Below are positions 13,303-26,400 of a stretch of 64,000 nucleotides of DNA, in pieces. Source of the stretch: Amphiscolops sp. MND2022 (lineage: Eukaryota); NCBI GenBank assembly GCA_964187785.1, contig OZ076409.1, positions 26,662,001-26,726,000 of the forward strand, written 5' to 3'. The notes beneath the pieces are model-generated. The model worked only from the letters and a program-made list of their open reading frames with translations. It was not told where the DNA came from and did not search any database. The position numbers and the translations under genes were made by a program. Each line of letters opens with the position of its first letter. The first letter of the stretch is position 1.

Positions 13303-13549
13303 CTGCCTGGGAGATGTTCCTGGGGAATGCGAGTAGAGATGTGGCATCGTTGAAGGTCCAGCAGTTGCCGTAGATGTCGTTCTGGAACTCCTTGAACCAG
13401 TCTTTGGAGCAGGCCTGGCCGTCGAACGCGCACTGAATGATGAAGTCGTTCTGCTGGTGGCCCAGCTGCCTCAGTTCTTCTGCGTTGATCATTCCCCCCA
13501 GACCGACCACGTCAGAATAGTCCTCGCGGATGGACGAGTGATAGTACAC
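13303..13549 (-). CDS. DEG/ENaC exon (finger end / beta-ball region)
   Basis: atacag|GTG acceptor (phase 0), G|gtgcgt donor (phase 1). LGHQQNDFIIQCAFDGQAC and YGNCWTFN are conserved DEG/ENaC motifs. Confidence 0.93.
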
Positions 13550-14375
13550 CTGTATACAGATAATAATGCTCATGCACTTTTCATGATAAAAACCCACTAA
13601 GGCTTGTTGATGGTTACGGGAAAGAAGCTAGGATCTCATGAACGGCAGGCCGACTTCAAGTTATTTCAAAGCCCACCTGAGACTATGTAGTAATTAACTC
13701 AAAAATTGAGCACAACTTATCCAGGATGAGAATGAGATGGAACTAAAAACACCTGAAAATATTTAATTCACGTCTATTTTTGGACTAAAATGCCGTTATG
13801 TGTTTAGTTGGTATGACCGAAAAATTGCCAGCAGCGTCTGGGACAATTAAGCAATTCTCCTGTTAATCGTCTAGGGGGCGTGTTCTTCAAATGATTTAAC
13901 TTGGGGGGCTGTGTTTCTTAAGCTACTCTGTTGTTAATAAGGTCCTAGAAGCCATTCAAGTAAGTCATAAAGTTGGCTGTGTTCGATAGCAATCAGTTGT
14001 ATAATTTAAGAACGTTCGCTGCTTCTTTCAAGTTCAGGGGTTTTCTCAAAATGAAATCCTGAGGTAGCCAATGGGCACCCTTTTAGTCCAGGAAAAGAGC
14101 CTCCAATTTTCTCGTGGAGTATATCAGGTAAAATGAACTGAAAAAAATGCTTAGAAAGCCCAAAGAAACCCGAACAACAAAAAAAATTGTGCTATTATCA
14201 GCTTAACAGATAGCCCAACAATTTCGCTAAAACTGTTAAAACAAAAGACTCAAGTTTTCTTCGAAAAACATCCATCTTGCTCAGGATTCTTCTACCTTAT
14301 AAAACGATAACAACAATGAAAACGGAAGCAGGGAAAAATGCGGAAATTTGAAATGATATCACAAATTGTTTTAAC

Positions 14376-14559
14376 CTTCCATTCTTTGTTAGAGACGGCG
14401 GCATCTTTGGATTCGCCCAAGAACGAGTGGATGGAGTCTTCTTGTTCGTGGCAGAAGTGGCAAGTGTGACGACAGTTGTGCTTCATAAACGAGTAATGGG
14501 GGTCACTAATCGAACAAAAACCCTGCTTTGCCCACTGCTTGCACGACTCGTACATGTCT
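14376..14559 (-). CDS. Exon encoding ShK (ShKT) toxin-like domain
   Basis: tttgcag|A acceptor (phase 2), AAG|gttaaa donor (phase 0). DMYESCKQWAKQGFCSISDPHYSFMKHNCRHTCHFC matches the ShKT pattern D-x4-C-xx-W-A-xx-G-x-C...M-xxx-C-xx-T-C-xx-C. Confidence 0.85.
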
Positions 14560-17500
14560 CTGCAAACCACATCAAACAAAATTACACAAAACCAAAACAA
14601 TTTTATCGATGTCCACCGGTGACTACAGGGTCAACTGTAGGTGAACCACCAGTTGTTATGCAAAAGGTGCGACTGCCACCTCAGTGCTGCACCAACGGTC
14701 TGTGATTGGCGGGCCATCATTATAGTTTAATTCATGAAAAAAATACAATCAATTGAATCCCTAGCGTTTTTTTCAGTCTATTCTTGGGTTAAGTTGAACG
14801 CAGTTTCAGAAACATGTTAAACTTCATTCAACTTACAAACCTCAAATAAACAGGTTTGTTTAAAATGAGGATTATGACCTGTAATTTGCCTGATTTGTTA
14901 TTTTTAAAAACAATTAGCTTGAATTGAACGGAAACCAATTTTAAGGAAAACACTTTCAGACATACACGACAGATTTACTCCGCTTCGACGCATGAAACAT
15001 AACAATCCCTTACGGATACTTTTGTAGTAAATGAAACCTCAAGCTGGGAATGAAACCAACTAGCGATAGAATTCAAAAGCGTAGTATAAAATTAATGGAA
15101 TCGGTTATTTTGCGCCGCCCAGAAGCACCATTTGGTTTCCAATATTAAAGGCTAATTTCCGTTTTAACGCTTGAGCTGCAGTCAAGTGGGTTGTTCAATT
15201 GATCCGACTAAAAATGATCGGTAACAAGTGATTTTAATTGCAAAACTGAATTTCCCGAAAATCAGCGATTTCTTCATCAGTTTGTGGGCTCGCTTGATGA
15301 CGTGGCCGTAGGACTGAACTTCGATAAACTGTTGAGTAAAATTTTTTCAAATAAAGAATATTGTTTTTCAAATATAAAGATAAAATAAGTTCGTAGTTTT
15401 TCACTCAACAATTGTTTAATGAAATGCATAATCGAAAAACAATTCATATATGCCTTCTGTTTTGTATATACATATGGAGAGATATGAGCTTCTCAAGAAA
15501 CAGTGACTGAAATTGAAAATTTGGCAAAATTTTCTGATATTTTTGAATGCATGTAGTAAATAGGTTTAGAGCGAAAACTATACTTAGCGAGCGTCATAAA
15601 GACAGAACGGAGACGGAAAAACTTCTTGTTTGCACTTAGACCCTCTACATCAATTGCAATTCACCGCAAATTAATATAATTGGATAGTTTAGGGACATGC
15701 TCAAGGGAATGATACTTCCAATTTTCATCGAATTTGTTGCTTAAAGTTGGCTTTGTGATGAAAATTGAAATCATTTTCCCCGCGTAATCTTCCATGATAC
15801 AACAGTCAGCGGCAAACTTGAAATGCTTCCTAGGTTATTCTTAAATTCCGTGGTCTTTATCAGTCTGAAAAATTCGATTTTCAGTTTTAAGAATACTAAC
15901 TAGAAAACATGCCTCTGGCAATCTTGTCTTGTTCTGAACTTGCATAACTGTTTCGACCTCAAATTTAACTGGATTGCGAAGAAACTTTCAAATTTGATTT
16001 CACATTTGAGCAATGTTGAAGTCGCCAAATCATGTTCTAAGTCTTCAGCCGTAAAATTGCATCTAATTATATTTACGGGCCATTCGGCCATTCCAGCTAG
16101 CTCCATCAGTTATGTCTAAGTCGAACAAAGATGAAAAACTCGAGCCATTGGTAATTAACTTGGTAAGAGAATCAATTGGCCAGGGGTAGAATAGTCTACT
16201 GAAGCCCCTCCCCTAGAGCTGAAATAGCAGAAGCGCGTCTCCGCAAAAAGGCTGAGCACTTCAAAAACACTCTTTTCCAACGATTTTGCGAAATCACATT
16301 AATCATTCTGATATTTACTCTTTTGCTCAATCACAATCACCGGCGGAATTTTTTGTTGTCAAAAATAACCAGATTTTCGGGCAAATTCAATTGAGGAATG
16401 ATTAGCAAACGCTTTAAAGGTCAATACGATCACCATTTGTTTGACGAAGATCAATTTTGAAGCAGTATTAAAAATTTTGACCATTTTTTTCATAATAAAA
16501 CCATGGATTTTTAAGATTGTCCAAGGCATAAGAATAGAATATTAGCAAATATATATTTGCTGACTAAAACAGATCATGAATTTTTATATTCTCCTCCCCA
16601 ATTTAATTCAACTGTATCGGCTCTTTTTGTCAATAATGCCCCCCTCACATTACAGGGGTTTAAAAACTCAGTTTTTACCGAACTTATTGAACTAAAAGAA
16701 CTTTTAAAGATTTTCTAAAACACTCTAATTATCATTATTTTGTTGGAGTCACGTAATTTCTAACAGTCAGCTAGTATTTTATGACAATTTTTCAATATTT
16801 TGGCTTGATTTACCTATGTGGGCGGGGGGCTTTTGGTTGGGTGTTGTCAGGGGGAGAAAATTTTCCACTGCATCATAGTGAAGAAACAGATTCAATCTCA
16901 AAATTGATATTCAGACACATCGGAACGGGGGATTTCAGAGATATTGTTCATTATCAGCGTCGTTTTCATTCTGATTAAGTGAATGATGCTCAAATAAATT
17001 CATCCATTCAAACCATCTTTCAAATCTTTCAACAGAATTTCCTGTCTCTGGATACTTGAACACACAATTTTCATCTATCCATTGAAATTATAATTTGAAT
17101 GACGCAAGCAAAATGGTTGATAAAACCAGTTCAGAAAACATTGATAGCCTCTTTTGTCTTTTGAGCTGGGAGGTTCATCAAAATTGGCATTCTGGACAAC
17201 TTTGAATGACAGATGAAAAATCTCACAATGAAAAAGTTTTTTAAAAAATTATTAGGTGTTAGTGTGAAGGTGACGTTTTTGACGTAACCTCGGCAGAACA
17301 GGCTCTGGAAACTCCATTTTGACACTTTAAGCATGACCAAATATGGAATAAACGAAACAATACAAACAAAATCACAAATCACGGCAGTTCTGAAGCAGCT
17401 AGCATGAAGATGAGAAAGCCTTCTAATCAGCCAAACTAACAAATTACTAGAGAAGAAGAAAGTTATTTCCCCATTACAGCGGGGTGGACGCCAAATAAGC

Positions 17501-18026
17501 AGATCTGCTTTTCTAAGTCGAGGCCTTTTCGGATGCTATTTCCTCATAGCAGGCTATGGTACCATTTTTGCAGCCGAGTGGTTAATGTGAGTTGCTTATC
17601 GTGAGTTTGCCCGAACGAATTGGCAATGAAAAGTTCTTAACATTTGTCGAACGGGGTCCAGCGTGTAATTCCTTGGAGGAAATGCGTCCGAAAAAGTACG
17701 TTCAGTTTGTTGAATTACTTCGGGGATAGTCCACAAAATGGGTTTTGTTGATTAAATTTGAATTTTTAGCCTGAAATGCGGTATCAATTTTTCATGGAAG
17801 GGTTTTCAAATTCATGGGAAATTAATTTAGTTGCTTTGATCCGTTTCAGTTTTGCGTGTTCCTGAAACGGGGGGTCCGATTTTTTTTCAAAACCTGTTTG
17901 GTAGCAGTTCTCAAAAAATACCGCTTTTGCACTCCGCTTCTTGTTCATATCAACACTCAAGTTTATAGAAAATGGTACCCTTTTTGTGTTTCATCTTCCA
18001 GTCTGGATTGTTTACTCGTGATGTTG

Positions 18027-18297
18027 TGTACTGACCTACATTAATAACCAATAGTATTTAGATGTTTATAGAATGTTCTAGAATGTACATTTATTTATTA
18101 TTGAATGATTGTAAATCTCTACTCCCTCAGAGAGAGAAAGCTAATAATCAGTATTCGGTTGACTTCCTTTTTGTTCTACTACTACCACCTCGAACTAGTT
18201 GTAATAAAGTTAGCTAGCTAGCCTGTCTCTTAGCCGCTTTTAGTAGTTGTGAATAGTACCACCAATAAAGCAATAACAACACTTTGAAAGCAGCACA
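18027..18297 (+). repeat. 5' LTR of element 1
   Basis: tgtactgacc...gcagcaca, direct repeat of 36131-36401; contains AATAAA. Confidence 0.97.
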
Positions 18298-18300
18298 ATT

Positions 18301-18312
18301 TGGTGCGACTCG
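18301..18312 (+). promoter_or_regulatory. Primer-binding site of element 1
   Basis: TGGTGCGACTCG 3 nt after the 5' LTR; resembles a tRNA-His PBS (TGGTGCCGTGACTCG) lacking CGT (inference). Confidence 0.65.
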
Positions 18313-20167
18313 TAAAATGTCTTGCCTTTTTTCCTGGATGATTTCTCTTCTCTCAACAATAATACAAATACCACGCTCCATCTTTGAAATTCTCTGGAAT
18401 TGCAGTGAAATCTTTCTAGAATTTCTTGAAAATTTAGTCTGTGACTTTCTGAATTTCATCAATAAATACATCATCGTTCGAAATACAATTTCTCCACTAA
18501 AACAATTAACTCAAATATAACAAATTTTCTTCACTACCGGTTTATCACGTTTTCTAACACGTCGAAACGGTTTCATTTCAGACTGATTTATCCATTGTGA
18601 CACAGTTCTGTTTCTCTTCTCTTTCCAGACTGATTTATCCGTAAGTGACACAGTTCTGTTCTCTATACTGATTTATCACAGCTAATCCGGAAGCTTGTTG
18701 AAACAGTTCTTTGATGTTTGTCTGGTTTATCAAGGTTTTCTAACACCTTTGAAACAGCAACATTTGTCTGGTTTATCAAGGTTTTCTAACACCTTTGACA
18801 CAGCAACTTTCTTCAATCCTGCTATCTTGAACGTCAGGTGGACTCCTGGTGTAATAGTTGACTGAGTGCATGTACAGCTCCACTCACCTATAAGCACATA
18901 CGCCTCAAGATCAACTTCGTGTTGGCAGAAAACCTGGATTTTCTACTTTTACGTTTCGGATCCATTTTATACAAAAAATTCTTACAAAATAGTTTTCAGA
19001 AATAGTCTCTGAATACAAAAAAAGGCAACCAAGACTATCTACAAAAAGCAACCAAGCACTATTCCATTTCTTTTCTTATTGTCGACAAACAATACAAATA
19101 ATTTCACAAAACTTAATTAATAAAAGTAACTTCAAAACTTGAACAACACAAGAAAAATAACAACACAATTCACCCTCAATATTATATCGAATACTTTCAA
19201 CAGTAATAATTTTAACATAACCTACAAAACAATTATTTTAACAAAATACCACATACAATTCTCACAATTCTTTTGCCCTAACATCAAAAGTAAGGCATGT
19301 AAAAAAACAGACACTGTAAAGTTAGTTTTCTACTTTCAGGCACCCACAATTCCAATCCCCTCCTGTAAGACTTAGACAATCAGACAGCGTTACCAGCTCA
19401 CTCTGATTCTAAGACTGACTAAAATCGTTAGTTAAGTGTAAACGTCTTTAAAGAGAATCGAGAGGACATCGAACTACGTTCGAATCTTCAAAATTCTCAG
19501 GAAGCAAAAGTAAAAGTAAAAGAAACAAAGATCAAACTTTGATCTTGATCAGTATTGATCAGACTTTGGATAGTGGACGTTGATTGTTCAGAGTTCCACT
19601 CCCTTAGTCTTAAAACACACAACCCACTTAAAATTAAAACAACCTTAGTTTTTCTGGAAGTGTCAGTAACCTTATGTTAGACACTTTAAAGTGATCCAGA
19701 CTTAAAATTACATTTAGTTTCTGTTAGCAATCCTTGAGGTTGAATACAGATCCTACTGCATCCGCTTCTTTCTTCTCTATCCAAAACTATTAACATCCCA
19801 AATAACTTCAAATTAAAATACAAATTATATGAACCCTAATATATACAATCAAATAATTTATCCTTTCAACTTTTACATTCCACCAATTAGCTCCCTTCAG
19901 AACCCTACATCAAACGACTTTGAAAGATTAATTGAACGATATCAACAATATTTTTTCTTTATCATAAATCAACAAAGACATTATCCAAGAGCTCCAACTT
20001 AGAAAATTTCTATAAAAATTAGTTTCAACGTTTTAATCTTCACATTATAACATGTGGGAAAAAGTTACCACAGTAGTACTTATTACAACATACACGTTTT
20101 GTTTCTTATTTATAGTTTTTGTTCTCCTTGAAAAAATACTTACAGTGATAAGAGATAAACGTTAAAA

Positions 20168-23100
20168 ATGTCCTCAATAACAACCCCTCTACCCTTCCAA
20201 ACTCCCGTCATTAAAAATGCAAAAGTTGTAAAATTAGAACTAAATCCATTCCTACAAAACATTATTTCACATTATACACAACCACTCCCTTTTGAAATGA
20301 ACCTCACACAATCGAAACAATCCCTCTTATTAGAGAACATTTGGACACATATCTCTTCTATATTAGATATAAAGTTTTAACTATCACCGCAGAATACCCA
20401 GCTTTTCAAATCTCCTTTCCTCAACAAAGACCTAATTCATCTCATATACAGAAGAACAATAAACCCAATTAACCTCCAAGTTCCTATTAAACAAGTTTTT
20501 CACGCTTTTCTAAACAATGTGAAAGACCACAACCTAGCACATGAAATTCCAAAATTTAGTCCAAATGCACTTGACGACCTTCAACGATATATAAACAATT
20601 TCGATGTAGAAATTATTGAAAGATTAGTTGATCCTGAAGGCAATCCTCATCATTGGTTACAAACTGATATACTACGAATTCAAAATTTCCTCTACCATTA
20701 TTTCAAAGACTTAACATTAAATGACCAAATAATTCCTCAGATCAAAGTAATATCTCTATTCCTCAGAAAATACTTCAGATTTAATTATCAACTATTATGG
20801 TCACAACAAGATCAATCTGCTTTTACAGCATTCCCAGATCATCTTACAGTTGACGAATGTTTACCATTCATCATCAGTGAACAAAATGAACATCCTTATT
20901 TTCATAAACCACAATCGATTACAAAACAAACTTTAGATTACATACGTTTTGATCCTTTATTAATTACAGAAAATGATCTATTTGCAGACAATAGACCTTA
21001 TCACTATGAACAAAATTCTCAAGTTCAGCAAAATTTACATTTTAACACTAACAATTCTACCGAAGATGATAATACCGATCAGGAAAATACACTCCAACAA
21101 CAACATCAAAATGAAATAAATAACGATAATGAGTTTACAACCCAAGAATCTACAATTTCAACACATAATCCATCACAAGCAGGAACATCAACATCAACAC
21201 ACACTCAATCCTTTAGAGTTCCCACTAGAGTTGTAAATCAAAGACAAAAAACACATAGTCCTCAATCTCACTTAGATACATCTCCAAACCGTAATATAAC
21301 TTTCAACCTTCCATACACGGATGAAACACACGACGAAACCCATTACACAATACATGATGAGATTCTGACTGCAACTAGTGCTCAGAATACTTCTGTTAAC
21401 GTTGCATCTCCAACAAGAACTCTTTCTGATTCCACAAGATACATTACTCGACCTAGATACGATCCTCCATCAATCCCTTTGCTTTCCGATCAAATAGATC
21501 GATTTCTTCAAACAACAATTTTAATGATAATCCCCAAACTTCCAATCAAAATTACGATCCATTTAATTATAACTTTTATCCTCCATCAACCACAACTACC
21601 AATACAAATATTAACCAAAATTACTCTCAAAGTAATACAACTTCAATAACACAAAATCCCTTCATACAATTATCACATACCACTGCTTCACAATATACAT
21701 ATTCTCAAAATCAAGCAACTTCGTATCCTTCCACTTCTTATTCTAACAACGTACAAGCTTCTCAAAGGAAACTTCAAAACCCTCCACTTACACATATACC
21801 AACTGATCCTTTGTATCAAATGCATCCAAATCCTAATCCTAATCCAAATCCATTACCACAAAATACAATTCGAAATATACCTCCTCAACTTACACAACAA
21901 TTAGCTCCTACACTCCAATAATTACCAATGCCACAAGATACCTTTATGAACATGTCCGCTTCAATACCAGAACCTATGGAACCTTTTGATGGTTTAGACC
22001 ATTCTTATACCCCTGAAGAATATCTACAACAAGTCGAAGCTAGATTAACCTTCGCTATAAGTGAAGAACCTCAGAATAATCCTATAAAATACAAATCATG
22101 GCATAACAGACGCATGGCTTATATACAATGTTCATTAACAGGAACAGCTCTCGATTGGTACACTAACCTTCATATATCATATAAACAACAATGGAATTCC
22201 TTTGTACATTTATTCAAAAAACAATTTTCATCTCAAAAAACAGCTTACTACGCCCAAGTAGAAGCTATGTCACTCATGAAAAAAGATAATGAAACACTAC
22301 GCCACTTCGCCCTTAGAGTACAACAATTAGTTAAAAAGGGATGGTGTCATGAAAATGCAGCTACCATAAACCTCAAAAATAATGAAATCTTTACTAAAGG
22401 AGTACCCAAGAAGTTAAAAGATTTTGCCCATAAACGACAAGTTAAACATGTATCAACATTACTTGAACCTTCAATACTATTTCACACACTTGTTAGACAT
22501 GTCGATTCTGAAGATATTGCTAATGAAAAAATTAGAACTAATGACTTAGCTCTAGAAATAAACAAAGTATCACTTGAAGATGATACAAGCAAAAAGGAAT
22601 TTGAACATGAAGATCATATATTGGTTACTCAATCTGGAGACCCAAATAACAAAAGCAAACCAGCTTATAGAAAATATTGTTCCTATTGTCACAAAAATAA
22701 TCATAGTATCTCAAATTGCTATCAAAAACAACGCGATGATGAATACCAAAAATATAAGAACCAAAGATCACGAACTCCTCAACAATCCTTTGTACAATAT
22801 TTTCGCAGTAAACCTAACAGTTCACAAGAAAATCGAAATGACAATACAAATCCTTACTCCTCCGATAATGATCGTAACAAACATAATCAAAACAACTATA
22901 ATGAGAGATACCGAAATAATGATAGATATCGTAGCAATAGTAGAGAATATTCGCAAAACAACTACCGATCTAATTCTCGACAAAGATATTATAATCGATC
23001 TCGAAGCCCATATAGATCTCGATTTGATAATTATTAACAAAGAAGAACTCCATCTAGATCTCCATATAGATCTCCATATAGAAACAATTCCAATTACAGT

Positions 23101-23400
23101 TATAACTCTCGCTCAAGATACAGATCTCGTTCTCAATCACAAGGAAGTTCCTTAAAAAGATATAATTATCCATATAGATCTCCATCAAGACCTAGAGATT
23201 TTAGATCACGATCTAGAACACCCTCACGAAATAGACCACAAAACAGAATAAATCAAGTAGACGTTAAATCCACAAAAGACAATGATAGTACAAAGTTTGA
23301 AATCCATACATGTCAAACAACTGAAATAGCTAATACAATCACTCCTTACAGTTGGTTTTATCCATTATATATTCACGCTTCTGAAGCCAAGGATAATATA
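20168..23400 (+). pseudogene. gag: Extended gag (N-terminal domain, N/Q/T/S-rich linker, capsid, CCHC knuckle, RS-rich tail), disrupted
   Basis: ORFs 20168 and 20519 share a frame (one stop); frameshift near 21480; capsid-like PFDG...LTGTALDWY...W..FV.LFKKQF; zinc knuckle CSYCHKNNHSISNC; stops at 21919 and 23035; in frame with protease. Confidence 0.85.
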
Positions 23401-26400
23401 TTACCCTCACAATTAGAAATCTTATTCCTCTTAGATACAGGAGCATCCATATCTGTCTTGAACTTACCAACATTTCATGTGATTTCCAAACAATTAAACA
23501 TCAATGTTCCAACCAATTTTCAAAACAAAAGAGCCAAAACTCTTACAGTTGCAAACCAAACTGAAGTACCAATAAGACACTATATTTCGATAACCTGTTT
23601 CACTGAGGTAAATCATCAAACGCGATCCTTCAATATAGATTTTGCCGTAGCCAATATCAAATACAACATTCTTGGAACACCCTTTTTCAAAAAACACATC
23701 CAAAATATCGATTTTCAACAAAATATTATGACTTACACAGAACAACATCCAAAGCTCTCAACAAAAACAACATTTTCCACATTTACAGAAAAAGATTATC
23801 CATATATTTCTTACATCTATACTATTAAATGTAAAGAACCAATCCACTTTAAACCAAGGTCAGGAAAAACCATACATTTCCCAATTAAAAACTATTCAAA
23901 TCTACATTTTGAACTTGAAGATAATACAAAATTCTATCCAACAAACCCATATACATATTTCTTACAAAAATTTAAAAATATTTTTCATTTCTCAGATATG
24001 ATAGTCAATGAAAAAAGCAAAGACTCTTGTGCAACTATAATTCAAAACTTTACATCTTATCCAGCAACAATACCACGAGGAATCATTGGATACATAGAAA
24101 TACCTATTACTCAAACAACTCCTCCTCACTACAGAGTTAATGATGTAAATTCACTTATTCACTCTGTAATACACGCGTATCACCCTGATACCACAACTCC
24201 GATTAAACCAACTCCATATGCAGATATGAACTTATGTACTAGGGTAACACCACAATCCCTATTAGAAATAAACAAGATAGAAGTCAACGACAAAACACTT
24301 CAACTCCCTATACCTTCTATTACAGGAAACCTTCGACCCTCAGATAAAATTCGAAAAGATTTTCCTCCATTACCCTATTCTACAGAAAACCAACAATTCA
24401 TAAAGAAATTTAACTTTGAATACTCGGATTTATCCGATACAGAATATGTAAACCTCTGCAATATTTTGATTAATATTCAACATTGTTACGCCCAACATAA
24501 GAACGACGTAGGAAAAATTTCTACTCCATTCCGAATTAGAATAAAAGATAATTGTAAACTTCAAACACAAAGACCTTCAAAAGTACCAATTCACTATAGA
24601 GATAGACTAAATAAACTTTTACAAGAACTCGAAAAATACAACATTATAAAGCAAATTGGTTCCACTTCAGATGAAAAACACACCATTGGAACAACATTTT
24701 TAAACCCTTTAATTATTATCCCCAAAGGTGACTCAATAAAAGTTGTTTTAGACGCAAGACGTCTAAACTCAAATACCAACCAAGAACTTGAATCTTGGCC
24801 TATTGAACCTTTAGCTCCTCAATTAGCTAGAGCCAATAAAAATATAAATCAACTATTGATCTAATGTATGCCTATGCTCATACACCATTAGATGAAGAAA
24901 CAATTAAACTTACAGGATTTTCATCCGGTGACAAATTATACGCCTTTATCCGTGGATTTTACGGATTAAAAGGACTTCCAAACTTTTTCACAAAACAAAT
25001 GTCAACTTTCTTCAGATCACTTTTAGACAAACGTTCTGCGTTAGTTTATATAGATGATATTTTATTACTCGCCAATGAAAAACAAGAAATGTTTGAACTT
25101 ATAAAAGAATTACACACAATAGCTTCTCGAGAAAATCTCAAACTTGCACCCGAAAAATCCTTCTACATGTTACTCAAAGTAAAATTCCTTGGACACGAAA
25201 TTAGTAACAACACAATCAAACCAATTCCATCTAAAATTGAAGCCATTAAAATAATCCCATCACCAAAAGAAAAGAAAGATATTATGCAATTTCTTGGCAG
25301 TGTTAACTTTTACTCAAAATTCATTGAAAAACTTCATATAAACCTTAAACCATTGTATACACTACTACATGATGATGTTAAATTTCAATGCACACCTGAA
25401 CTAGAAAAAATATTTCAAAATGTTAAAAATGCAATGACAGCAGACACTGAATTAACAATACCCAATACAACACATCCATTTTTTATAACAGTAGATGCTT
25501 CATTAGTAGGTTTAGGCGCAGTCTTATTCCAAATGAACGAAGAAAATAAAATGAGAGTAATCTCTTACAACTCCAGAATTCTTAATACACAAGAACAAAA
25601 ACTTTCAACTTTAGATAGAGAACTTCTCGCAATAGTTTACGCACTACAAATATATGAATTTTTGATCATTGGATCTCCTCATCCCATATACCTCTTCACA
25701 GATCACAAGCCTTTACTCCATTGTTTCGCAAAGAAAGGAAATCTTAGTCCTAGGTTCTATAGAGCACAAATGCAATTAACCAAATTCTCCAAATTAAAAA
25801 TCTTTCATACCCCTGGAAAAAACTTAACTGTCGCAGATATGCTTTCACGAACGTTTACAAAAGAACAGTTACAAGTACACCAATTACGACACAAACAATT
25901 ACCACCTCAAATAGATTTTTCTATCATGAAAGATAATCAACTCAAACCAGTACATTATTTAGTAAAACATGAAGAAATCAAATATAATCAAAAGAATGAC
26001 TGTCATCCTATTCTTGCTGACTATGGAGACGACCAATTCTCTATCCGAATAAATAACAAAGGAGAAGATATACACATAAAACCTTTAGATTCCTTCTCTT
26101 TTCATTCTATTGTCCCATTTGAATTCAAATATAAAAAGCCTAAAAAAACCAAGCAAAGTCTCTCTTACAACAATCGACAATTCTTAATGATACTGATAGT
26201 CTCAGTGACGAAGACGAACTAACTCAATCAAATAACATCCAACATCAAAACTCAGACATATTAAAGGAACACACACTTGCTATACAATATCCTACCAAAT
26301 CTGATTATTGTAAACAACAAGTTCCATTTTTTGATCCATCTTTTTTTAAATACAAAAAATATTTTACTTATTTCTTCCTACCAGAAGATACACAAATAAC

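Noticed and set aside
14610..14720. GC-richer patch upstream of the ShK exon as a missing exon
   Set aside because: All three minus-strand frames after the candidate acceptor hit stops and show no LDLa or ShK motif.
18214..18520. ORFs across the 5' LTR/PBS (also 36318-36500 and 42829-43263)
   Set aside because: Chance frames crossing LTR boundaries; shared peptide text only reflects the LTR duplication.
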